Positions 1 to 11,776 of a DNA stretch of 64,000 nt are shown one piece after another. The stretch is from NCBI GenBank assembly GCA_951406725.2, contig OX597824.1, positions 90,272,001 through 90,336,000 on the forward strand, read 5' to 3'. Every line of letters starts with the position of its first letter. Position 1 is the first letter of the stretch. Origin of the DNA: Octopus vulgaris. Its lineage: Eukaryota. The notes beneath the pieces are model-generated. The model ran no database searches and was not told the origin of the DNA. It saw only the letters and a list, made by a program, of their open reading frames with translations. The position numbers were made by a program, and so were the translations under genes.

Positions 1-29
1 ATTAATATTTTGTATTTTCTTGGTTGCAG

Positions 30-146
30 CAACTGAAGCTGTTGGGGAAACGGAAGAGAACAGATTCAGAAGCATCAGCTCCTGCTGCCCCCCCAGCTGG
101 GGGTGAAGACAACGAATCCTCAGCAACGTCAGAGAGTGATGATGAG
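30..146 (+). CDS. RTF1: RTF1 exon 1 of 16 in window (QLKLLGKRKRTDSE...SDDE); gene is 5'-partial
   Basis: ttgcag acceptor and GTGAGG donor, 117 nt, phase 0-0; resembles the metazoan RTF1 LAKRKRSDSE...SDDEW region. Confidence 0.88.
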
Positions 147-269
147 GTGAGGGGGCTTCTTTTTTTCATTCTCTTTTCTTTCTCAAATTCTTCTTCTCCT
201 GTGCAGCAGCAAATGATGTGATGATTAGCCTATGTTAGCACTGGCCAGGTCAGTGGTTCTATGGTTTTC

Positions 270-426
270 ACTCTGTTAAGTGGTTGGCGTTAGGAAGGGC
301 ACCCAGTTGCAGAAACCTATGGATCAGATTGGAGCCTGGTGCAGGCTGCTGGCTCTCCAGACTTCAGTTCAAACGTCCAACCCATGCCAGCATGGAAAAC
401 GGACGTTAAACGATGATGATGATGAT
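270..426 (+). mobile_element. RTE-LINE 3' tail fragment ending in (GAT)n; one of many copies (e.g. 4085-4360, 7960-8216, 11505-11643, 12803-13353, 14290-14545, 16955-17240, 23150-23340, 24410-24758, 54300-54450)
   Basis: Motif GGTTGGCGTTAGGAAGGGCATCCAG...GTCCAACCCATGCCAGCATGGAAAACGGACGTTAAACGATGATG matches the 3' end of the RTE at 28970-29880. Confidence 0.8.
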
Positions 427-641
427 GTATACTTTGTGGGTTAAGAAGGCTACCAATGGTTTCATGTTAGGCGGGGATCTCTTCACAATTTTCAAACCTG
501 TCACATGGGAACGTTGAGACTCGTCTCCATTTTAGAAACAATCCCTCTTTGCATGAAACCATTGGTAGTCTTGTTAAATCCCAAATAAAGAATATTTATC
601 CACCAATGCAGTGTTGAGCACTCATTCTCACTGATATTAGC

Positions 642-677
<36 letters not shown>

Positions 678-905
678 CAATGAATAGTATCTCATGAAAC
701 TGTGGTATGCTTGAATCTCTCTAATAATCTCATAATAATAACTTTTATTCCTACCTCAGTTCATCTAATTGTATATATCTATTGTTACCTTTCATAAAAA
801 GCCTTTTCTTTTTTTATCTACAATGTGCATTTTCGTTGATTTTTCCTACTTTTCCCTTACATTACCACATGTAGTTTCCATTTTCTTTTTATAACATATT
901 TCTAT

Positions 906-939
<34 letters not shown>

Positions 940-1752
940 TCATCATTTCATTTAACATCTGTTGTCCATGCTGTCATGGATTAGATGATGTAACCAGAGC
1001 TGGCAAGCAGGTGGGGGGTAGCTGCACCAGACTCCAGTCTGATTTGGCATGGTTTCTATGGTTGAATGCCCTTCCTAATGCCAATCACTTTACAGTGTGT
1101 GCTGGACGCTTTTACATGGTGCTGCACACACACACACACATATACCGTAGTGAGCACATAGATGTGAAACAAGGCAGGAATATATATATCTACTTATAAA
1201 AGCCGAAATACTCATCATTGACCCTAGATTGCAAAATCTTTAGAAAAACATTCTTTGAAGTTTTGAATTTAGTAGACTATTTAAATTTTTTTTTGTAAAT
1301 ATTTTTTTCAGAAATCTGTGTTTTTAGACACATGCAATTTTATTCTGCAATATATTGTACACAGATTCAATTTTTTTTCATTCCTTCAATTTCTGTTTAA
1401 ATGCAGTCTTAATCCTAAACCCTTAGCCTTAGTTCTAACAAGAAACTCTAACTTCAAATTTTAACCCTAATTCTAATCTTAATCCCTAAATTCTAAACCC
1501 CAACACTAAGTTAGTTCCTAAAACCTAAATCCTAATATTGACCCTCATCCAATGCATCTTTCTTTAACTTTTCACTGGTCCTGCCAATCTACCCCTATAC
1601 TAAAAATTATATCGCCCACAGTTGTCCATCATTGCAGTTGTTAAGATCAGTCTATCAATAAAACTAGGTAATTTTTAGGGAATATTGAGTATTTATTCTA
1701 AAACTGGTGTTTTCATGTTGATTAATCATCTTCCATTATTCTTCGGTGCCAG

Positions 1753-1885
1753 TGGACAATGGATGGCAAAAGTAGTGCTGGTAAGAAGAAAACTAAAGCT
1801 GCCAAGAAGAATAACCGAAAGTCTGTTGCCATATCATCAGAAAGTGAAGACCCAAGTGAGAAGAGTGCCTCTGAGCCAGAAGAAG
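1753..1885 (+). CDS. RTF1: RTF1 exon (WTMDGKSSAGKKKTK...SEPEEG)
   Basis: ccag acceptor and GTCAGT donor, phase 0-1; gives the conserved DDE|W and PEEG|EVSD junctions. Confidence 0.88.
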
Positions 1886-2262
1886 GTCAGTTCCTGGTTT
1901 CTCTGTAATTCTTGGAATTGGTATTGATGTTATTGTTGAAGTTAACTCTGAGGAATTGTTTGTGTTCTTTTATTTAGTAAACCTAAAAATACCATAATGG
2001 CTAATTTATATTAAAATTATAGTAAGAGTGTTGAATGATTACAGCACCAGTCTGTTAGAAATAGATTCCAAATGGTTTGATTAAAGTGAGATCCGGCTAT
2101 TAATACTTGCAAATGGAGCAATCCTATAGAGGTTTTTTGGGATTGAGTAGGTCTGTGGTTGACAGGTCACTGGTTCAGTCCCTGAAAGTTCACTATATGC
2201 ATGGGTGGGGAGGATCTTAGTGTGGCCTGCGATCAGGAGAAGAATGGACACTCATGGTTTAA

Positions 2263-2483
2263 CCCTTTTGTTACCATATTTCTGTTGAGATGCTCTGAGT
2301 TTCTTTCAATTAATTGTAAATATAACAAAGAATTTAGTAAAATAACTTAGTTATCATTAAGCTAGTGTTAGGAACTTAAATTGTGACTAAGGTTTGGTGG
2401 AAGATTTTAATTCAAAACTTATGAAAGCAAGGTATTTGTACCCAGAGCCAGAGCCGGTTTCAGCCGGGTTGGTAACGAAAGGG
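2263..2483. mobile_element. piggyBac-like MITE (reverse copy at ~57828-58051)
   Basis: TTAA on both sides; TIR CCCTTT(T/C)GTTACCA. Confidence 0.8.
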
Positions 2484-2757
2484 TTAAGTAGATTGTGGAA
2501 ATCTATTGGGTAGGGTGTGTGAGAGCCAGGGTATGCTATGTGGGGTGGATGACAGTGGATATTCTGTGTGGGGTAGATTGATACAGTCAGAGATGTCGGA
2601 TGGGGGTAGATGATGACAGAGAATGATGTTGTGTGGGATAAAGATAAAAGATATGTTTGGTAGTACACTAACTTATCTCATCTTTTCTTTTCTTTTTGTT
2701 AGAGGTATCCATGATCTTGTTGTCCAATGTGTGTCGTTCCTTATTTAAGATTGCCTT

Positions 2758-2966
2758 AAATACAAGATTGATTTGGCTACTATTTCTAGCACATCATAGT
2801 ACTGTATAGTGATTCCTTTCTTAGTTCTTCTCTAAGCCTAATTCCCTTTGCCCACTTTGCTTGTGAACATGAACCTAAATCAATAGGCTTAGAGATGAGC
2901 TAAGAAAGGAATCACTATACAGTTCCATGATGTGCTAGAAATAGTAGCCAAATCAATCTTGTATTT
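2758..2966. repeat. Long inverted repeat, ~80-bp arms, ~45-nt spacer
   Basis: aaatacaagattgatttggctactatttctagcacatcat... pairs with ...atgatgtgctagaaatagtagccaaatcaatcttgtattt. Confidence 0.9.
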
Positions 2967-3758
2967 TACATTTTTTTTACCTTGATTCCTATTGTATTCA
3001 GATGGACCCTAATGGACATTTTGTATGTTATCAAATCGTATTACATTATATTATTAGGAGCAGCCTGAAAAAAAAAACTTGTTAAAATAGTTTGTGTATT
3101 GCAAAAGTATTTTCTTGTATTCTTTTACTTGTTTCAGTCATTTGACTGTGGTCATGCTGGAGCACTGCCTTTAGTCAAACAAATAGAACCCAGAACTTAT
3201 TTCTTTGGAAGCCTAGTACTTGTTCTATTGGTCTCTTTTTGCCGAACCGCTAAGTTACGTAGATGTAAACACACCATCAGTCGGGGGAACAAACACAAAC
3301 ACACATACATATCATCATCATCATCATCATCATCATTAAATGATGAAATGATGATATATATATAAATACATACGGCAGGCTTCTTTCAGTTTCCATCTCC
3401 CGAATCCACTCACAAGGCTTTGGTTGGCCCATGGCTATAGTAGAAGACACTTGCCCAAGGTGCCATGCAGTGGGACTGAACCCGGAACCATGTGGTTGGG
3501 AAGCAAGCATCTTACCACAGAGCCACACAAGCGCTGTGTATTGTAAAAGTATAAAACCAATTTATTGCAGATAATTTTCAACAACAAAATGCTACATGGA
3601 CCCCCTCCTCCCCAAGGGCCATATGAGCCCCTGTTCAGAACCACTGGGTTAGAACCCGGCAGCTGCTGTTTCTCTCCTCTTAGCACAGGTGTGTAAAAAT
3701 CTGAGCATAGTCTTTGGCACTAACGATGTTTCTCTCTCTCTCTCTCTCTTGTTGCCAG

Positions 3759-3951
3759 GTGAGGTATCCGATTCCGATCACAATTCCAGTGAAGTGTCTG
3801 GTTCCGAGTCGGACGACAAATTCTTTGATGGCTACGACGAAGACTTGATCGGAGATGAAGAAGATCGCAAGAGACTGGAGCAGATGACGGAGAAAGAGCG
3901 AGAGCAGGAGTTGTATAACCGCAGTGAACGAAGAGCAGTTCTTAAAACAAG
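3759..3951 (+). CDS. RTF1: RTF1 exon (EVSDSD...[42 protein letters not shown])
   Basis: Highly conserved RTF1 histone-modification-domain motif; AG/GT boundaries, phase 1-2. Confidence 0.96.
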
Positions 3952-5504
3952 GTTCAGTTTGACGGAAAAGGGTTTCATCAAGGATACCCTTTATTTTTAT
4001 TTATTATTTTGTGTTTATGTAGTTATTTGTTTTTTTTTTCTTCTTTGACTCTTTGAAACAGATCCTGTTTGATGCATAGATTTTGGCAATGTGGACCGAT
4101 GCTGGTGGCATGTAAAAAGCACCATTTGAGTGTTGGGCCGCACGGAGGCAATGTGGGCAACGCCGGTGCCACGTGTGCAGGTGGCACGTAAAAGCATCTA
4201 TTACACTCTCTGAGTGGTTGGCATTAACAAGGGCATCCAGCCGTAGAAACTATGCCAAATCAGACTGGGGTCTGGTGCAGCCCCTCAGCTTACCAGCCCC
4301 CTGGTTAAACTGTCCAACCCATGCCAGCATGGACACTGGACGTTAAATGATGATGATGATGTTGATGAAAGAGAAGATTGGTAAAACCACAATGGGTCCT
4401 GCCTCCAAACTGATATTCCCCATTCACCCCACACACCTACACCATCACCTCCATCCCCATCTCTACCCATCTGAAACCCTTCTTTCTCACTCTCACAAAC
4501 TTACCAACCCATCCAACTCATTCACTCTTTTCGATCCTTCTGACCCCTATTCTTATATTCACCTTCCTCTAACTTAATCATACACCCTGAAACCTCTTCA
4601 CCATCTTCTCTCTTTCTCCAATTGGGGTAGCAATATATGTCTCCTCTACTGCAAAGACACCTTTTCCTGCCCTTCTATCATAGCTTAAACCCCTTACCCA
4701 CCTGACATAAAGCCACCTCCCTCCCTCAATACTACACCCCATAATCAGCTGATTGGTCATGTTTGGCAAGTTATTTGGTGTCCCCACTTGTGTAATGCCA
4801 CATAAAAAGCTGTTAAGAAGGGCATCTAGCCATGGAAATCATGCTGAAGCAGACCCAGGAATTTAATGCAGCCCTCTGACCTGTTGCTTACTGTCAAATC
4901 GTCCAACCCTTATCAGCATGAAAATAGGGCGACAGTGATGATGTAATTAGCATAAAGTTAGTGATTAACATGTTTAATGCAGGGAGAATTGAAAAAGCTT
5001 ACTTTAAAAATATGAGAGAAAAATACATATTTATTACTTAAGTAACAACGAAAGACAACTCTGGGCATGTTTCTATCTTATTGGTACCTCTTCAGTTTTC
5101 CTACACTTTCATGGTAGCAAGTGGAAGGGTGTTTGTTTTACTATTGGATGGCCTTCTTATTGCTAACTTAGCTGGTCATTTGTGATGTAAAGGGTGGAAT
5201 TTGTTTTGAATGAATGAATCAAACAAATACAAAAAAGGGACATCCTGCCTTTATGAAACATCTGAACACATTCATGGTGTTAAGCAAAATGTCTTGTGGT
5301 GTTTGTTCTGATCCCTTACCATCTGTGTTATAATCTCACCAAGATCAGCTTTGCCTTTCATCCTTTTGGGTTTGATAAGATACATACCAGTTTAATAATG
5401 GGGTTGATGTGATTGACAAAGTATCAGTTGAGTCCTGGACGCAGTCTAATTGACTCTCACCTCTCCCCACAATTTTAGGGTCTTGAACCTATATTTTTAT
5501 TATC

Positions 5505-5877
5505 ATTACCTCCGCCTTAGCGAAGGTGGAGGTATTGTTTTCAGTCACATTTGTTTGTCCATGGACAAGAAGATATCTCCAGAACTGTTCGATGAATTCG
5601 GATGAAACTTTCAGGGATGTTTGGCCTCGTGACTGGCACAAACTGATTAGATTTTGGGATCGATCCAGTACTGGACAAGGATTCTGGATTATTTTATTTA
5701 TTTATTTTTTTTTTACTTAATTTTTGAGAGTAGTCGGGTTCATTTTTAGTATTCTCGTTTGTGAGAGCAATCGAGTTTATTTCAGATCTTCTCATTTTAA
5801 AAATCATCTCCGCCTAATCGTTGAGAGGATGTTGGTGTTGCCTTGGCAGAGGTTTGCACTATCTGAGTGCTCTTGTT
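5505..5877 (+). mobile_element. Helentron-associated (HINE/DINE-1-like) non-autonomous element
   Basis: 5' ATTACCTCCGCC...GGAGGTA stem, 3' subterminal GGCAGAGGT followed by a GCACT..AGTGC hairpin and T-rich end. Confidence 0.55.
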
Positions 5878-5879
5878 GT

Positions 5880-5918
<39 letters not shown>

Positions 5919-6218
5919 CACTACTACTACCACTACTACTACTACCACTACTACTACTACTACTATTAAGGTGGTGAACTGGCAGAATCGTTAGCATGCC
6001 GGATGAAATGCTTAGTGGTATTTTGCCTGTCACTACGTTCTGAGTTCAAATTCTGCTGAGGTCAACTTAACCTTTCTTCCTTTCGAGGTCGATAAATTAA
6101 GTACCAGTTGCATACTGGAGTCGATGTAATCGACTCATCCTCTCCCACAAAATTGCTGCCCTTGTGGCAAAATTTGAAACCATTATTATTATTATTATTA
6201 CTATCATGATTATCATTA

Positions 6219-6255
<37 letters not shown>

Positions 6256-6293
6256 CATTATTGTTATTATTATTATTATTATTGTTTTTCTAG

Positions 6294-6499
6294 GTTTGAA
6301 ATAGAAAAGAAATTGCGACAAGCAAAAAAGAAAGACCAAAAGGGAAAGAAGAAATCTTCATCCGACTCGAGCTCGCGACAGGTTGCCACACCCAGCCAGC
6401 GCAGCAAGGAACGGCGTAAGAACATAGAAGACAAGAGAGACAGCAAGATGTCTGCCTTCAAGAATCTAAAGGCCCGGAGAGAAGAGAAGAAGACTAAAG
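6294..6499 (+). CDS. RTF1: RTF1 exon (FEIEKKLRQAKKK...LKARREEKKTK)
   Basis: tttctag acceptor and GTTTGT donor, phase 2-1; RFEIxKKL motif. Confidence 0.93.
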
Positions 6500-6648
6500 G
6501 TTTGTATAGCTTTTTTTTTGGTTTTTTTTTTTGCTGAACTTTTTATGAGTTTGATTTTACAGTTCTATATTTAAGAGATGAGGAATTATGTACATTATTT
6601 ACATTATTTACATTTGACGGATATTTGTCCTCATCTTGTTTGTTGTTA

Positions 6649-6692
6649 ACACAACGTTTCAGCTGATATACCCTCCAGCCTTCATCAGGTGT
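6649..6692 (-). ncRNA. Minimal type I hammerhead ribozyme motif (Penelope-like element remnant)
   Basis: Minus strand reads ACAC-CUGAUGA-A-GGCUG(gagggtatat)CAGCU-GAAAC-GUU-GUGU; stem I ACAC/GUGU; palindromic AACGUU stem III. Confidence 0.72.
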
Positions 6693-6740
6693 CTTGGGGA
6701 AATTTTGAACCTGGGTTCTCATTCCTAAGGTATTTTTCTA

Positions 6741-6990
6741 TGTTAGTTAGTTAGTTAGTTAGTTAATTAGTTGGTTAATTTTTTGGCTCAAAAAGCAAAA
6801 AAGCAAGGCCATGTAGGGGGGACATGGAGTTATGTACAGGGTGGTGTTCATGTAAAGAGTTCAGGCCATTTCTGGTCAAGGGAGACTTTGAACCGAGCGG
6901 TCATCGGCATCTTCACTATCTCGTCCGGCAGCTTATTCCACGGATCCGCAACCCGGACGGAGAAAAAGCCCCTCTTCTTCGATTGAGATG
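6741..6990 (-). mobile_element. CR1/L2-like LINE 3' fragment with (TAAC)n tail
   Basis: Minus translation FFSVRVADPWNKLPDEIVKMPMTARFKVSLDQKW is the typical ORF2 C-terminal motif. Confidence 0.8.
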
Positions 6991-7651
6991 ATGTTATTAT
7001 TATTATTATTATATATAATAATAACATCGAAAAATACCTTAGGAATGAGAACCCAGGTTTGAAGTTTCCCAGACAGAGTGTTTGATTTGTTGAGAGTTAA
7101 TTGACAAAGTCTAGGTTCCCTTGGTCACTTGTGAAGTTCTGTTGTCATGCTTCAAAGTTTGTTCATTAAAAAGATGTTCTCTCATCCCAAAGGCTATTAC
7201 TTAGCATTATAAAAGATGTTATCTGTTGTCAAGGGTCGCTCAGCTGAATGGTACAGAGTGCCTAGCTGGAATTTCAGAGGTACAGGGTTCGATTCTCTGT
7301 AACAGTGTGCTTGCCACTTTTTTTTCCCCATTTTCTAAGCTGTTTTCACAGTTATTCTTTGTTCAAGGCTTCCCTTATTTTAAGGCAGTTGGCAGTTGTA
7401 CTCAATACATTTTGTAGGTGTTACACATATTTTCTAATAACAGTTTGACTCAGCTCTTTATGACTTCAGTTTCATGAGCCCATAGGATGCATCTGGACTC
7501 AGAAAGCTTTGTCATAAAGAGTCTCGGCCAAGCTGGTAATATGTGTGTGTGTGTGTGTGTGAAATCTCAGAGAGAGAGAGAGAGAGAGAGGGAGTGAGAG
7601 AAATGTGTTGTTGTTTCGTGTTCTTCTGATTTTGTCATTCTGTCTCCTCAG

Positions 7652-7886
7652 AAATTGCAATCAAAGAACAGCAGAAAAAGAAGCTGGCAGTGAACCATAT
7701 CTACTCAGACGACGACGACGACGATGATGATGACGATGACGACGACGATGCTCCCGACAACGCTAGCAAAGACGAGAGCAGTCGGAAGAGTGATCGAGAA
7801 GAGAAGAGCAAGAAAGCAGATAGTTCATCATCGTCAGACTCCAGCGATGATCGGTCATCAGCATCCTCAGACTCTGACTCAGATGG
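7652..7886 (+). CDS. RTF1: RTF1 exon (IAIKEQQKKKLAVNHIYSDDDD...SDSDG)
   Basis: ctcctcag acceptor and GTAAGT donor, phase 1-2; YSDD acidic motif. Confidence 0.92.
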
Positions 7887-9717
7887 GTAAGTGGTTCCGT
7901 TATATATATATATACACGTCATCATCATCATCATCATCTGAGGTGAGGTTGTTAAACAGCAGCAAACCAGTGCCACATGAAATTCAATGGTGTTGGGGGG
8001 CCACGTAAAATGCACTGGTGATGGTGGGTGCCATGTAAAAAAAGCACGTAATACCCTCCGTAAAGTGTTTGGCATTAGGAAGGGCATCCACCAGTAGAAA
8101 CCATGCTGAGACAAACAAATGGTGCCTGGTGCAGTCCTTGGCCTTGCCAGGCTCTTGTCAAACCATCCAACCCATGCCAGCATGGGAAACGGACATTAGA
8201 TGATGATAATGATGATGTCTCAGCCCCAGTGAAGTTGCTGGAGAATTTGCAAGACAAATTTTAAAAAAAATGGGGGCGTTTTCTTTTTCCTTAATTTACT
8301 TTGTCTTGCAAATTCCTTGGTGACTTCACTGGGGATGGTGTCAAAAGAAAAGCACCCAGTACACTCTGTAAAGTGGTTGGCATTAGAATGGTCATCCTGT
8401 TGTAAAAACCATGCCAATTCTGACATTGGGGTCTTGGCACAGATCTGCAGTGTTTTGGACCTTGTCAAACAATCCAACTTGTGCCAGCATGGAAAATGGG
8501 TGTTAAATGATGATGGTAATATTCAAATTACCTGTTAAAACTAGAATGTAAATACAGTGGTAATTATACAACACTTGGGATCACTGACAAAAGTCCTTAT
8601 CATGATGTAGCCGAAACTTATTTACTTACCTATTCGGTTGATGACACAGGTGTGTTAACCAACAACCAAATAGTTAAAGGTGTAAATCATAGCTGATAAA
8701 TATATCATCATCTTCACCACCATGACCACCACCATTTTTTTTCCAATGCTTGCCTGTATCAGATGGGATTTATTGGGGTTGGTTTCTCTGGCGGGATGCT
8801 CCTCCTGACACAAACCTTCACCTGTTTCCAAGCAAAGGAATATTTCCCTATGGCCAAAGGGCTCTGCTTGAATGATGGTGATGCTTGTGTACAACTATTG
8901 TGCAATATCAAGACAAGGAGACACATCACTTGTACCCGGAGCTCCCAGAGCCACTTATCTGAGGACATAGGATTAAACAGCTGTTGCTGGGTCGTATATA
9001 ATAATATGCACTGACCATGATTGGCACCTGGGAGTTGTGGTCGTCAGTGGTGCCATGAAAATGGCACCTGTGGATTGTAGTTGTGGTCACTGCTAGTGCC
9101 ATATAGATGGTACCCACCCATGAATTGTAGTCGGGGCTGTTGCTATTATCATGTAGACAGCACCCCTGCTGGTTGCACGTAAAAGCACCCATTACACTCT
9201 TGGGGTGGTTGGCGTTACGTCCCTGTAACCTAGCGGTTTGGCAAAAGAGACTGATAGAATAAGTACCAGGCTTACAAAGAATAAGTCCCGGGGTCGATTT
9301 GCTCGAGTAAAGGCGGTGCTCCGGCATGGCCGCAGTCAAATGACTGAAACAAGTAAGAGTAAAGAGTATAAAGGCGGTGCTCCAGCATGGCTGCAGTCAA
9401 ATAACTGAAACAAGTAAAAGAATATGCATATATAAACCCAGCCAGAACAGAGTAGCCTGGGGTTGTCTTCTACCTGGTCAGCTCTTGTCAAACCATCCAA
9501 CCCATGCCAGCATGGAAGGTGGACGTTAAACGATGATGATCGTATGTGTAATGTACTTCTTTGACATTGGTCAGTCGAGGGCTATAGCAGAAGACTTGCC
9601 CAAGGTACCACCCAGGGACCGAACTTATAACAATGTCAGGAACTGACCTCCTTGACCACAAAGCCATGTCTGTACCTCCACTTACTTAAATCTCTTTTCT
9701 ATATTTTTATAAATATA

Positions 9718-9881
9718 AGGCGCAGGAGTGGCTGTGCGGTAAGTAGCTTGCTAACCAACCACATGTGATTCCGGGTTCAGTCCCACTGCATGGCACCTTG
9801 GGCAAGTGTCTTCTACTATAGCCTCAGCCGACCAAAGCCTTGTGAGTGAATTTGGTAGACGGAAACTGAAAGAAGCCCGTC

Positions 9882-9939
<58 letters not shown>

Positions 9940-10140
9940 TTGTGTGTCTGTGTTCGTCCTCCTAGTATTGCTTGACAACCGATGCTGGTGTGTTTATGTC
10001 CCCGTCACTTAGCGGTTCGGCAAAAGAGACCGATAAAATAAGTACTGGGCTTACAAAAGAATAAGTCCCGGGGTCGAGTTGCTCGACTAAAGGCGGTGCT
10101 CCAGCATGGCCACAGTCAACTGACTGAAACAAGTAAAAGA
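9718..10140 (+). mobile_element. tRNA-derived SINE family A with internal (TA)n(TG)n; other copies ~3120-3530, 20730-21420, 35905-36275, 37770-38135, 43055-43495, 47450-47703, 47995-48325, 51385-52030, 52320-52705
   Basis: A box TGGCTGTGCGG, B box GGTTCAGTCCC, CORE-like ACCTTGGGCAAGTG; many near-identical copies. Confidence 0.85.
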
Positions 10141-10271
10141 GTATTGTAATTCCTCATTTTCCTCATATATCAACTTCTCTTTATCGTATTGCTCTGTCTT
10201 GTAATGTTTTACCCGTCGTTGTCCCTGTGGCAAACAAACTGATCCCTTTCTACCGATTTCCTCTATTTCAG

Positions 10272-10358
10272 TAGCCCGAAATCCCGCAAGAAAAGCACAG
10301 TCTTCGCCAACAGAGAGGACCTAACCAAAATTCGACTTTCACGGAACAAAATGGAAAG
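10272..10358 (+). CDS. RTF1: RTF1 exon (SPKSRKKSTVFANREDLTKIRLSRNKMER), start of Plus3 domain
   Basis: tttcag acceptor and GTGAGG donor, phase 2-2; matches ELNRVRLSRHKLER. Confidence 0.93.
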
Positions 10359-10853
10359 GTGAGGAACACATTCAACGTTTTCTTCGCTCTATCTTTTTAC
10401 CGGTTTCTGTCATTAGACTACGGCCATGCTGGAGCAGTGCCTTGATTCAACCCCCTTTTTTTTTGTCATTTCAAGCATGGTACTTATTCTGTCAGCCTCT
10501 TTTGCTGATCTGCTAATTTATGGGGGGGTCGATAAACTAAGTACCAGTTGAACACTGGGGTCAATATAATCAACTTACTCGTGCCCCTGAATTGCTGGCC
10601 TTGTGTCAAAATTTGAAATTGTTATTATTATTAAGGGTGATGAGCCTGGCAGACTTGTTAGCATATTGGATGAAATGCTTAGCGGCATTTTGTCCATCTT
10701 TGGGTTCTGAGTACAATTTCTGCCAAGGTTGACTTTGCCTTTCATCCCTTAAAAAAAAATACCAGGTGAGTACCAGGGCTGATGTAATCGACTAATGCTC
10801 ACCCCAGAAAATTTCAGGCCTTGTGCTTGCTACTGCTGCTGCTGTTCTTGTTG

Positions 10854-11047
10854 TTAAGCAACAAGACGGGTAAGGGTGATGGTCTAGGGCTTAGAGGTGG
10901 GAGACCCCAGACCTTGGGAAAAAAAAAAACTTTGGTCGTCTTGTTGTAGTCGAGGGCTCTTTCGTTGACGCCCGACACCACTGGGAGGTGGCCCTTGAAG
11001 TCGCTGGAAATGGAGATCTCCAGGTCCAAATTCTTGAACGGCTGCTG
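10854..11047. repeat. Unclassified ~200-bp intronic element, copy 1 (others at 13948-14150 and 18048-18260)
   Basis: Shared head TTAAGCAACAAGACGGGT(A/G)AGGGTGAT and shared ~140-bp body. Confidence 0.9.
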
Positions 11048-11049
11048 TT

Positions 11050-11480
11050 GACATCACACAGAATACAATATCGTGAAGTTGTCTACCGGGGCTTTGTACC
11101 ATTTGTCAAGTCACAACAAGGACTTAAGGCAGACAGTACTTTATGCAATATGCATGCAGTTCCAAGTAATGCTGGCTTTTGCAATACACCTAGATTGTAG
11201 GTTTTTCAGATTGGGTGATATTGAACCCAATGCTCCAATGACAATAGGGACAGCCTTTATACTTGATTCTCATAGCTGTCACATCTTGGCGATCTCAATT
11301 CTCAGGTCTCCATATTCATCAATCTTTTCTCTTTCTTTCATGATGATATATTGATATGTTGATTATTAAGCACTCTTGTTTGTCCCTCCTAAAGATTACT
11401 ATATCCAACCTTTGGTGCTCTAACACTTTGTCTGTCTGGAAATCAAAGTCCCAGAGGATTTTTGTCTTCCTCTTTTCGCC
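11050..11480 (-). mobile_element. Degenerate R4/Dong-like non-LTR element fragment (restriction-like endonuclease region)
   Basis: Minus translation ILWDFDFQTDKVLEHQRLDIV...YGDLRIEIAKM*...AVPIVIGALGSI, with stops. Confidence 0.72.
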
Positions 11481-11685
11481 CATTTATTATTATTATTATT
11501 ATTATGTTGGCGTTAGGAAGGGCACCCAGCTGTAGAAACTCTGCCAGATCAAGATTGGAGTCTGGCGCAGCCATCTGGTTCGCCAGACCTCAGTCAAATC
11601 GTCCAACCCATGCTAGCATGGAAAGTGGACGTTAAACGATGATTATTATTATTTAATTATTTTATTATTATTTTTTATATTTCAG

Positions 11686-11776
11686 GTGGTGTCACATGCC
11701 TTTTTTCAAAAACACTGTCATGGGTTGCTTTGTACGAATTGGTATTGGCAACCATGAAGGTCGAGCTATATACAGG
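11686..11776 (+). CDS. RTF1: RTF1 exon ([30 protein letters not shown]), Plus3
   Basis: Near-identical to the Plus3 motif [21 protein letters not shown]; phase 2-0. Confidence 0.97.

Noticed and set aside
1405-1545. Interstitial telomere (TAACCC-like)
   Set aside because: Too degenerate; more likely low-complexity sequence within an old repeat
10854-11047. Intronic snoRNA explanation for the triplicated element
   Set aside because: No terminal C/D boxes or consistent H/ACA layout, and one copy has its body inverted
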